Source of the DNA: Gemmatimonadota bacterium
Lineage (GTDB): Bacteria; Gemmatimonadota; Gemmatimonadetes; Gemmatimonadales; Gemmatimonadaceae
DNA: 34,164 nucleotides
Assembly (NCBI GenBank): GCA_031416495.1
Contig: JANOTV010000235.1
Coordinates: forward strand, 1 to 34,164
Direction: 5' to 3'
Shown: positions 9,537-17,157 of the stretch, piece after piece
Position numbering within the stretch: the first letter of the stretch is position 1
Layout: every line of letters starts with the position of its first letter
The notes under the pieces: model-generated
Seen by the model: only the letters and a program-made list of their open reading frames with translations
Told to the model about the DNA's origin: nothing
Database searches by the model: none
Made by a program: the position numbers and the translations under genes

Positions 9537-9687
9537 CACTACAGTTCCATGTCATGATCGGCGGGCGCGGTAGTGGGCGCGGCGTGCGGTTGCTTGATGT
9601 GCGCGCCGCCAGCCGCTCTTCGCGCATCGCCACGCTCCGGTCGTCGCTACCCCTCAACGACCGGCACGTCATATATGGGACTGAGTA
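9537..9687 (-). mobile_element. 151-bp internally deleted IS701-like element (MITE)
   Basis: Ends CACTACAGTTCCAT and (reverse complement) TACTCAGTCCCAT both start with YAC and are flanked by CCAA/CTAA. Minus strand 9611-9552 encodes WRRAHQATARRAHYRARRS*, resembling the C-terminus of IS701-family transposases. Confidence 0.7.
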
Positions 9688-9708
9688 CTAACCAAGCGTG
9701 TGAGCTGC

Positions 9709-9854
9709 CACACGTTCTGGACAACCTCGCGGTCGGCGAACGCGAGGCGACCATCCTCTCCGAATATCCGTCGCTCACGCGCGCGCATATTCGCGCGGCC
9801 TTGGCGTTCGCCGCCGATCTTGCCCACGACCGCATCCTTCCCATCCCGGCGTAG
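9709..9854 (+). pseudogene. DUF433-family antitoxin, C-terminal half only
   Basis: VLDNLAVGE..ATILSEYPSLTRAHIRAALAFAADLA matches the DUF433 C-terminus. The N-terminal GxP...GTRI part is absent. Left boundary approximate. Confidence 0.75.
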
Positions 9855-9856
9855 GC

Positions 9857-9940
9857 GTGCGGTTCAAGCTCGACGAGAACATGCCGCGCGCGGCGCGGAC
9901 GGTCCTCGAGGTACTGTCCGAGATGTGGGCGGCGGCTTAA
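9857..9940 (+). pseudogene. DUF5615 / PIN-like toxin, N-terminal stub
   Basis: GTG start 2 nt after the DUF433 stop reads MRFKLDENMPRAARTVLEVLSEMWAAA*. MRFKLDEN is the family start motif, but only 27 aa remain. Confidence 0.75.
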
Positions 9941-10002
9941 CAACAGCGGCAGATTCCCGTCCCACCTGATACGCGCAGCCGTACTTGAACGAGGAGGCGA
10001 TC

Positions 10003-11055
10003 GTGTCGGTAACAATGCGGGTAGTAACCGCGATCGCCATTGGGGTCACGATGCTCACCGGCTGCGGCGGATCCGATCCGACGGAGCCAGGCGGGACTAG
10101 TCCCGACACGGCAAAGATTGCCATCACCGATATGCCGTTGCAGGCGCGCTATCTCGGCTACGAGGGCGGACTCTATCGTGGTGGAAACGCCATCCCCGCT
10201 GTGCATCTCGCCGCCGGCGTCGCGCGCACGAAGGCGATCCGGCCGCTCGACGCCAACGGTAACCCGAGCCCGTTTGGCCGCTATGTGCTGCTCTCGATCG
10301 GCATGTCGAACACAACCCAAGAGTTCTGCTCCGGCGGATCGACTGCCCCGTGCGCGTCCTGGTCTTTCATGGGGCAGGCGGCCAATGACCCGGCGGTCAA
10401 CCGTTCGACACTCGTGATCGTGAACGGGGCACGCGGTGGTCAGACGGCATCGGCCTGGGTTTCACCGACGAGCCCGGAATACGACCGCATTCGCGACAGT
10501 TGGCTCGCACCGTCCGGGCTCACGGAGCGACAGGTCCAGATCGCGTGGGTGAAGGTGGCGAACCCGCAGCCCACCACTTCACTTCAATCGAGCTCGTCGG
10601 ACGCATTCACGCTGGTCTCGCAGATGGCGACGATCGCGCGGACACTCAAGCAGCGGTATCCCAATCTCCAGCAGATCTTCTTCTCGAGCCGCATTTACGC
10701 CGGGTACGCGACGACTAGCCTGAACCCGGAACCCTACGCGTACGAATCCGGCTTCGCCGTGAAGTGGGTCGTACAGGCGCAAATCGACCAGGTGCAACAG
10801 GGTCGCATCGTAGACAGCCGAGCGGGGGACCTCGACTATCGCTCCGTCGCACCATGGGTGGCCTGGGGACCGTATCTCTGGGGACGAGGGATGACGCCGC
10901 GCTCGGACGGGCTCGTTTGGGCAACCACTGACCTCGCGAGCGACGGAACGCATCCCTCGCAATCTGGCGCGGGCAAAGTCGGCCGCATGCTGCTCGACTT
11001 CTTCAAGACATCGCCGGTGACTCGCTGCTGGTTCCTGGCTGGCGGGAGCTGCTGA
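10003..11055 (+). CDS. Secreted lipoprotein, SGNH/GDSL hydrolase-like
   Basis: GAGGAGG before GTG 10003 (alternative ATG 10015); lipobox LTGC; SIGMSN, NGARGG and DGTHP motifs. Confidence 0.7.
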   Translation: MSVTMRVVTAIAIGVTMLTGCGGSDPTEPGGTSPDTAKIAITDMPLQARYLGYEGGLYRGGNAIPAVHLAAGVARTKAIRPLDANGNPSPFGRYVLLSIGMSNTTQEFCSGGSTAPCASWSFMGQAANDPAVNRSTLVIVNGARGGQTASAWVSPTSPEYDRIRDSWLAPSGLTERQVQIAWVKVANPQPTTSLQSSSSDAFTLVSQMATIARTLKQRYPNLQQIFFSSRIYAGYATTSLNPEPYAYESGFAVKWVVQAQIDQVQQGRIVDSRAGDLDYRSVAPWVAWGPYLWGRGMTPRSDGLVWATTDLASDGTHPSQSGAGKVGRMLLDFFKTSPVTRCWFLAGGSC

Positions 11056-11130
11056 CGCCATCACCAGAGTGCCGCGTGCGCACGCCCGGCCCACTATCGC
11101 GCCCGTCGAACGTGAACCGCAACTGTAGTA

Positions 11131-13056
11131 CTAACCCGGACGAGCCGCCCGCAGCGCGTTGATGATCACAGCGACGTCGATCCCCTCCTGGATGAAGGCG
11201 CCGACGGTCGGAGTGATGTAACCGAACGCCGCGACGACCATCGCCGCACCGGAGAGGGCGAGTCCGGCACCGAGACTCTGGCGCGCGATGCGCACGGCGC
11301 GCTGCCCGATCTCCACCGCCTCGGCCACGCGTGTCACATCGTCGGCGAGGAGCACGATGCCGGCGGCCTCGGCGGAGATGCCGCCGCCGTGCGCCGCGAG
11401 TGCGACACCGACCGTCGCGGCGGACAGCGCGGGCGCGTCGTTCGTGCCATCGCCCACCATCAGCACGCGATGGCCTTCGCGCTCGAGCGCGCGCACGGCA
11501 TCGACCTTGTGCTGTGGCAGCAGGTCGCCGCGCGCCTCGGTGATGCCGACCTCGCGCGCGATCAGAAGGACGTTCGCCGTCTGATCGCCCGAGAGAAGGA
11601 CGATGCGCTTGAGACCAAGCGCCGTGAGCCTGGCGAGGAACGGCTTGAGGTCATTGCGCAGTCGGTCGGCGAATGCGATGGTGCCGAGCACCTGATCGCC
11701 GGACGCGACATACGCACGGAGTCCGGGCTCGTGCCGCTGGCCTTCGGTCATCCGCTCCACGGCCGTCGCATGCAGTTCGCGCAAGAGCGACATCGAACCG
11801 ACGGTGACCTGCCGGCCTTCCACGATGCCGCTCACGCCGCGGCCGGCGTATTCCTGCACCTGCGAAGGCCGAGACAGCAGCAATGCGCGCGCGACCGCGG
11901 CGTCGACGACCGAGCGCGCGAGAAGATGTCCCGAGCCGGTCTCCACTGATGCGGCGAGGCGCAGCAGGTCGTCCGTCGAAGCCCCATCACCGAACGCGAT
12001 CACCTCCGATACTTCCGGCCGCCCGATCGTGATGGTGCCGGTCTTGTCGAACACGGCGGTATCCACGCGCGCCAGCAGCTCGAGCGCCGTCCCGTTGCGG
12101 ACGATGATCTGCCGTCGTGCCGCGCGGTTGATCCCGCCGATGACCGCCACGGGGGTCGCGAGCAGCAACGGACAGGGTGTCGCGACGACGAGCACCGCGA
12201 GTACGCGCAAAGGATCGCCGGAGAGCCACCAGGCGATGCCGCAGGCGACCAGCGTCACGGGGGTGAACCAGACCGCCCACCTGTCGGCGAGCCGCTGGAT
12301 CGGTGACTTCTCCGCCTGCGCGGTGCGCACGAGTTCGACGATCTTCGCGTAGAGCGATTCGCTCGCGGGCGCGGTGACGCGGAGGACGAACGGGCTCTGC
12401 AGGTTCACGACGCCAGAGGACACGGAGCTCCCCATCATCACGCGCGCCGGCAGGGGCTCGCCGGTCACGCGGCTCGTGTCGAGTGAACTCGTGCCTTCGG
12501 ACACCGTGCCGTCCGCGGGCACCATCTCGCCGGGACGCACGAGGATCAGGTCGCCGATCATCACCTGGTCCGAGGCGATGTCCTCCGTCGCGCCGTGCAA
12601 CACGTCGCCATTCGCGCTCTGCAGCCGGTGCGCGATGCGCGGTGCGGCGGCCTCGAGTTCACGGACCGCGGCGGAGGCGCGACCCTCGGCGTAACGCTCG
12701 AGCAGCTCGCCGCCGGTCTGCATGAGCACGATCACCATGCCGGCGATGGGCTCACGCAGGACGATCGCGGTGACGATAGCGAGCATCGCGACCACATCGG
12801 CGGCGAACTGCCCGCGCAGGAGTCCGCGCACCGTCCGCAGCACGACCGGTGCGCCGAGCACGATGAGCGTGACAAGCAGGAACGGATGGGTCCATGCCCG
12901 GCTGGCCGCTGAGAGCTGCAACAGCCCGCCGACGGCCAGCGCGGCGAGCGTGAGACCCGGCGTGAGTGCGGCGCGCAGCGGAAACGGAAGCGCCCCGAGC
13001 CCCTGGAGGGGCAAGGGGCGCTCGGTGGTACCGGCCGAGGCAAGGCCGGTGGTCAT
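11131..13056 (-). CDS. Heavy-metal P-type ATPase, P1B-5-like
   Basis: TGE, TPCP, DKTGT, GDGTND and QEGID motifs; no N-terminal metal-binding domain and no hemerythrin tail. Confidence 0.9.
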   Translation of the reverse strand: MTTGLASAGTTERPLPLQGLGALPFPLRAALTPGLTLAALAVGGLLQLSAASRAWTHPFLLVTLIVLGAPVVLRTVRGLLRGQFAADVVAMLAIVTAIVLREPIAGMVIVLMQTGGELLERYAEGRASAAVRELEAAAPRIAHRLQSANGDVLHGATEDIASDQVMIGDLILVRPGEMVPADGTVSEGTSSLDTSRVTGEPLPARVMMGSSVSSGVVNLQSPFVLRVTAPASESLYAKIVELVRTAQAEKSPIQRLADRWAVWFTPVTLVACGIAWWLSGDPLRVLAVLVVATPCPLLLATPVAVIGGINRAARRQIIVRNGTALELLARVDTAVFDKTGTITIGRPEVSEVIAFGDGASTDDLLRLAASVETGSGHLLARSVVDAAVARALLLSRPSQVQEYAGRGVSGIVEGRQVTVGSMSLLRELHATAVERMTEGQRHEPGLRAYVASGDQVLGTIAFADRLRNDLKPFLARLTALGLKRIVLLSGDQTANVLLIAREVGITEARGDLLPQHKVDAVRALEREGHRVLMVGDGTNDAPALSAATVGVALAAHGGGISAEAAGIVLLADDVTRVAEAVEIGQRAVRIARQSLGAGLALSGAAMVVAAFGYITPTVGAFIQEGIDVAVIINALRAARPG

Positions 13057-13057
13057 G

Positions 13058-13234
13058 TCAGGGCGTCGACGTCGTCGAGGTCGCCGTAGCCGTCGGCTCG
13101 TGCCCCGCGAACTTCCGGTTCGTGAAGTGGATGATCGCCAGGACGATCAGGGCGACCACGACGAAGCCGACGATGAGGCCGCGGAAAGCGGCCGCGGTGT
13201 CGCGGCCGGACATCGGGGTGTTGGCAGTACTCAT
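13058..13234 (-). CDS. Small single-TM membrane protein (58 aa)
   Basis: [42 protein letters not shown]...; ATG overlaps the cyclophilin stop and the stop is 1 nt from the ATPase start. Confidence 0.7.
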   Translation of the reverse strand: MSTANTPMSGRDTAAAFRGLIVGFVVVALIVLAIIHFTNRKFAGHEPTATATSTTSTP

Positions 13235-13689
13235 GTGACGCGCACCGTGACCATGTTGTCGTTCTGGGTGATCTTCTTCATGATGTCCAGCCCGTCGGTG
13301 ATCTGTCCGAAGATGGTGTGCACACCGTTCAGGTGACGCGTGTTGGCCTCGGAAAGTACCATGAAGAACTGCGATCCGCCCGTATTCTTGCCGGCGTGCG
13401 CCATGGAGAGAGCGCCCACCTTGTGGGTCTGCGGATTGCCGGCGGTCTCGCACTTGATGGTCCAGCCCGGACCACCGGTGCCCGGCGGGCCCTTCGGGGT
13501 GCCGCCGATCTTGGCGTTCGGGCAGCCGCCCTGTACGACGAAGTCGGGGATCACGCGATGGAAGCGGATGCCGTCGTAGTAACTGGAGTTCGCGAGCTTC
13601 TCGAAGTTGGCGACCGTGTCCGGAGCGTCCTTTTCAAAGAGCTCGGCGGTAATGGTGCCGTGATTGGTCTCGAATGTCGCAGTCTTCAT
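13231..13689 (-). CDS. Cyclophilin-type peptidyl-prolyl cis-trans isomerase
   Basis: [26 protein letters not shown] and [10 protein letters not shown] motifs. Confidence 0.96.
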   Translation of the reverse strand: MKTATFETNHGTITAELFEKDAPDTVANFEKLANSSYYDGIRFHRVIPDFVVQGGCPNAKIGGTPKGPPGTGGPGWTIKCETAGNPQTHKVGALSMAHAGKNTGGSQFFMVLSEANTRHLNGVHTIFGQITDGLDIMKKITQNDNMVTVRVT

Positions 13690-13776
13690 ATGGTGGGGCC
13701 GTTCTTGGTTTTAGCGGATTCTGAAGGGACATCACTGCCCCGGCGAGGTGAGTCAAATCTAACGGAACCAGAGCCG

Positions 13777-14247
13777 TTATCGCGACCTTCGAGGGGCCGA
13801 TGAGGCACTGAATTGGTAGTATCGGGCCACTTTGCATCCACCCAGTTCGGCCGGGGTGAAAGTCCACTTGGCGATGGCGCTCTTCGCGCCGGTGGCGAAC
13901 CAGGTGTGGGACGACTGGATCACGGCGAAGGTGGACATGTCCGGCACACCGAGCGTGTCCACGAGGACCTCCACCCGGATGACCGAACTGCCATCGCGCC
14001 GGAGGGCGGTGCGGGGCACCGGCCGACGGATGGGCGCCGGCGTCATCCTGATTGGCGCTGGGACCTTGTCCACGTCGAGACGCGGGTCGAGGGCGGCGTC
14101 CTCACGGGCGAGCTGGCAGGCGTTTGCGGCGGGCGCGAGCAGTTGGGCGTTGGTGCCGGTGGCCGACGGGGCGGCGACGGCGCAGGCGAGAGTGCCGGCG
14201 ACCAGAAGGCTGGCGAACAGCGGACGTGGTGAGGTCAATGCAGTCAT
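13777..14247 (-). CDS. TonB C-terminal-domain-like protein, probable lipoprotein
   Basis: Signal with TLAC; VEVLVDTLG and AIAKWTFTPAELGG pattern of the TonB C-terminal domain. Confidence 0.65.
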   Translation of the reverse strand: MTALTSPRPLFASLLVAGTLACAVAAPSATGTNAQLLAPAANACQLAREDAALDPRLDVDKVPAPIRMTPAPIRRPVPRTALRRDGSSVIRVEVLVDTLGVPDMSTFAVIQSSHTWFATGAKSAIAKWTFTPAELGGCKVARYYQFSASSAPRRSR

Positions 14248-14924
14248 GGTGTGAATGAGGGGCAGATATCGGCCAACACGCAGTCGTTGCAGCGCGGTTT
14301 GCGCGCATTGCAGGTGCGGCGGCCATGCCAGATGAGAAGGTGCGAGAGCTTGCCCCAGCTGTCGCGCGCAAAGAGCGGGATGAGTGCCTGTTCGATCCGA
14401 ACAGCGTCAGTCTCGCGGGTGATGCCGAACCGTGCGACCAGCCGGGCGACGTGCGTGTCCACGACGATGCCCTCGTTAACGCCGAACGCATTGCTGAGCA
14501 CCACGTTCGCCGTCTTACGACCGATGCCCGGAAGCGTCACGATCTCGGCCATCGTGCCGGGTATCGCCCCGCCGTACTTCTCGACCAGCATGTTCGCCAG
14601 TCCGGAGAGGGACTTGGACTTCGCACGGAAGAACCCTGTGCTCTTGATGACTTCCTCGATCGCTTCGATGGGGGCAGCCGCGAGCGATTCCGCGTCGGGC
14701 CAGCGCCGGAAGAGTTCGGGGGTCACCATGTTGACGCGCTTGTCCGTGCATTGCGCGGAGAGGACCGTCGCGACCGCGAGTTCGAACGCGTTGCGATGAT
14801 CGAGTTCGCAGTACGCGCCGGGGTACTCGGCTTCCAGACGGCGCTGGACTTCGAGCGCGTGGGCGAGGAGCGCGGGGCCACGGAACACTCGGATGGGCCT
14901 CTTTGCGACCTTCTTTGCCGTCAT
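14244..14924 (-). CDS. nth: Endonuclease III
   Basis: LSAQCTD, HhH motif LPGIGRKTANVV, VDTHV and the 4Fe-4S motif C-x6-C-x2-C-x5-C. Confidence 0.97.
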   Translation of the reverse strand: MTAKKVAKRPIRVFRGPALLAHALEVQRRLEAEYPGAYCELDHRNAFELAVATVLSAQCTDKRVNMVTPELFRRWPDAESLAAAPIEAIEEVIKSTGFFRAKSKSLSGLANMLVEKYGGAIPGTMAEIVTLPGIGRKTANVVLSNAFGVNEGIVVDTHVARLVARFGITRETDAVRIEQALIPLFARDSWGKLSHLLIWHGRRTCNARKPRCNDCVLADICPSFTP

Positions 14925-16651
14925 GCGCTCGCGCGTGCGAGTCGTCGCTGCGTCGCGAATGCCACGAGGTCGTCAGCCGAGCGTGTGTTGATCACGTCGT
15001 CAGCGGTGAGCCAACCCTTCCGCGCCATGCTGATGCCCAGGCCCATATTCTCGAGGCCATCGACCGAATGGGCATCGGGGCCGATCTCGATGCGCGCGCC
15101 GTGCCGGTTCGCCGAGCGGCAGAGGCGCCAGTCGAGATCGAGGCGGTGGGGGTCGGCGTTCAGCTCGATGGCGACACCGAGTTCTCCGGCGCGCGCCATC
15201 ACCGCTTCCATGTTGATGGCGTACGGCTCGCGCGTGAGGAGCAGCCGGCCGGTCGGATGTCCGAGGATCGCCATGTGCGGATCGTCGAGCGCCTTGAGCA
15301 CGCGGTCGGTCATCTGCGTCTCGTTCATGCCGAAGCGCGAGTGCACCGAGGCGATCACGTAGTCGAACCGGTCGAGCACTTCGACGGGATAATCGATGCG
15401 GCCGCAGGGGAGGATGTCGGCTTCGACGCCCTTGAGCACACGGAAATCCGAGAACGACATGTTGATCGCCTCGATCTCCTCGTGCTGCCGCGCGAGTGAC
15501 TCCGTGGTCAGCCCTCCGGCATAGAACGCCGATTGCGAGTGATCGGAGATGCCGAGATAACTCCACCCGCGGCGACGTGCCTCGGCGGCGAGCTCCGCGA
15601 TGCTCGCGCCGCCATCGGAGTACTGCGAGTGACAATGCAGCACGCCGCGGATGTCGGAGAGCTGAATGAGGGTCGGCAGCGACCCGTCGGCGGCGGCTTC
15701 GGACTCGCCGAGTCCCTCGCGCAGCTCCGGCGGCAGCCAGGGCAGGCCGACGGCGGCATAGAGCGTATGCTCATCGGCGATGTCGAGTGTGGCGCCGGAT
15801 GCATCGCGCACATCGTGCAGGCCAATCACCAGCCCGCGGTGCGCGGCGCGGGCGACGACCTCAGCGACGTGCGTCGCGCTGCCGGTGGTGCGGAACCAGG
15901 TGACGACGAACTGATCGACCGGCACGCAGTGCAGCTGCAGGCGCATGCCGTCGTCGAAGCGGATGGACAATTCGCGCGTGCCGCTGCCGACGGAGTCGCG
16001 GACTCCGGGCGACCGCGCGAAGGCCGCCGCAACGCCCTCTGCGTCGCGCGAGCAGGCGGCGACGATCTCCACTTCGCGAATGGTCTCGCAGTGACGGCGG
16101 ATCGTCCCCGCGAGTTCAGCGCGCACGACGCCAGTGAGCCGCCGCATCGCCGCGAGCATCCGCTCCGCCTCGGCGCGTCCATGCGGATACAGCACCTGCG
16201 CACCGCTTTCCTTGAGCCACGCGATGCCGCGCAGGACCTGCTCAGCGGTCCGCGCGCCGAAGCGCGGCAATTCGGCGAGGCGTCCGTCGCGCGCCGCGTC
16301 CTCGAGCTCCTGCAGCGTGTCGAGGCCGAGTCCCTCGTGGATGCGGCGGATGCGCGACGGCCCGAGGCCCGGCACGCGCATCATCTCGAAGAGGCCTTCG
16401 GGCGTCGATTCTCGCAGCTGGTCGAGGAGCGTGGAGTCGCCCGACTCCTTGAGATCCTCGAGCACGTCGATGACTTCGGGCGCGAAGCGGCGCCGGTCTC
16501 GGCGCAGGATCTCGGCGAGGGGCTGGACGTCATTGGCCGCCAACGAGCGAGCCGCATCGGCGTACGGGGCGGGGACCGTGGGGTCCTCGCCCTGCAGTTC
16601 GAGCAATGCGACGATCTCGTGCAGGAGGTGCGCAGCGGCCCTGGAATCCAT
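14921..16651 (-). CDS. polX: PolX-PHP (X-family DNA polymerase / 3'-5' exonuclease), non-canonical polymerase site
   Basis: HhH motifs VPGLGP and LPRFG, TTGS..H and PPELRE; PHP motifs HCHS..SDG, SDHS, GVE, GHPTG and DAH. Confidence 0.92.
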   Translation of the reverse strand: MDSRAAAHLLHEIVALLELQGEDPTVPAPYADAARSLAANDVQPLAEILRRDRRRFAPEVIDVLEDLKESGDSTLLDQLRESTPEGLFEMMRVPGLGPSRIRRIHEGLGLDTLQELEDAARDGRLAELPRFGARTAEQVLRGIAWLKESGAQVLYPHGRAEAERMLAAMRRLTGVVRAELAGTIRRHCETIREVEIVAACSRDAEGVAAAFARSPGVRDSVGSGTRELSIRFDDGMRLQLHCVPVDQFVVTWFRTTGSATHVAEVVARAAHRGLVIGLHDVRDASGATLDIADEHTLYAAVGLPWLPPELREGLGESEAAADGSLPTLIQLSDIRGVLHCHSQYSDGGASIAELAAEARRRGWSYLGISDHSQSAFYAGGLTTESLARQHEEIEAINMSFSDFRVLKGVEADILPCGRIDYPVEVLDRFDYVIASVHSRFGMNETQMTDRVLKALDDPHMAILGHPTGRLLLTREPYAINMEAVMARAGELGVAIELNADPHRLDLDWRLCRSANRHGARIEIGPDAHSVDGLENMGLGISMARKGWLTADDVINTRSADDLVAFATQRRLARASA

Positions 16652-16700
16652 GGGCTAAAGGTAGGAGGTGTGCGGGGGGAGGTGGGAGGTTCGCCGCGCT

Positions 16701-17156
16701 TTACTCCTCGATCCCCGCCTGCTCACTCAGCTGATCGACCAGCCGGTGCAGCTGCTTCTCCGTGAGATCGATCTCCTGTGCGGCGCCCTCGACGTCCAGC
16801 AGGCCGGCACGCATCGAGATGGCGACCTGGTTCAGGTACCGGATCTTGGCCAGGACATCTTCCGTGTGCGTGCGCAGTCCCAAAAAGCGGCGCTTCTCGG
16901 CGCGGGCGCGCTTGTGGCGCCTCGAGAGTTCGGCCTGCGAGAGGCCCTTCGCGGCGGCGATCACTTCGTCGCGCGTGCGGCCTCCGAGGGCCCCACGGTC
17001 GGGGAGCCCGAGGTCTTCCCATGACTCGTCGGCGAACCAGAGCCGACCCACGTACTCGATGCCGTCGTAGATGATGCGGACCGAGACGTTGTAGCGACGC
17101 CCGTCGAACTCGATGGTCGCGACATGTGGCTGAGTGATCTCTTCGTGTGCGGTCAT
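16701..17156 (-). CDS. Hypothetical protein (151 aa)
   Basis: Clean ORF packed 1 nt behind the upstream gene; beta-rich N-terminus and helical C-terminus; no motif recognised. Confidence 0.75.
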   Translation of the reverse strand: MTAHEEITQPHVATIEFDGRRYNVSVRIIYDGIEYVGRLWFADESWEDLGLPDRGALGGRTRDEVIAAAKGLSQAELSRRHKRARAEKRRFLGLRTHTEDVLAKIRYLNQVAISMRAGLLDVEGAAQEIDLTEKQLHRLVDQLSEQAGIEE

Positions 17157-17157
17157 C

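Larger units (their letters stand above)
9537..11130. mobile_element. Non-autonomous composite element bounded by two inverted IS701-like right ends
   Basis: 9538-9588 and 11079-11129 are inverted repeats matching at 41 of 51 positions (hand alignment). Flanks are CCAA and CTAA; there is no transposase inside. Confidence 0.65.

Noticed and set aside
9490-9940. Integron attC-like RYYYAAC motifs (GCCTAAC, GCCCAAC, GCTTAAC)
   Set aside because: No matching downstream GTTRRRY box with an attC hairpin and no integrase; the motifs are better explained by the 18-bp repeat and IS701-like target sites.
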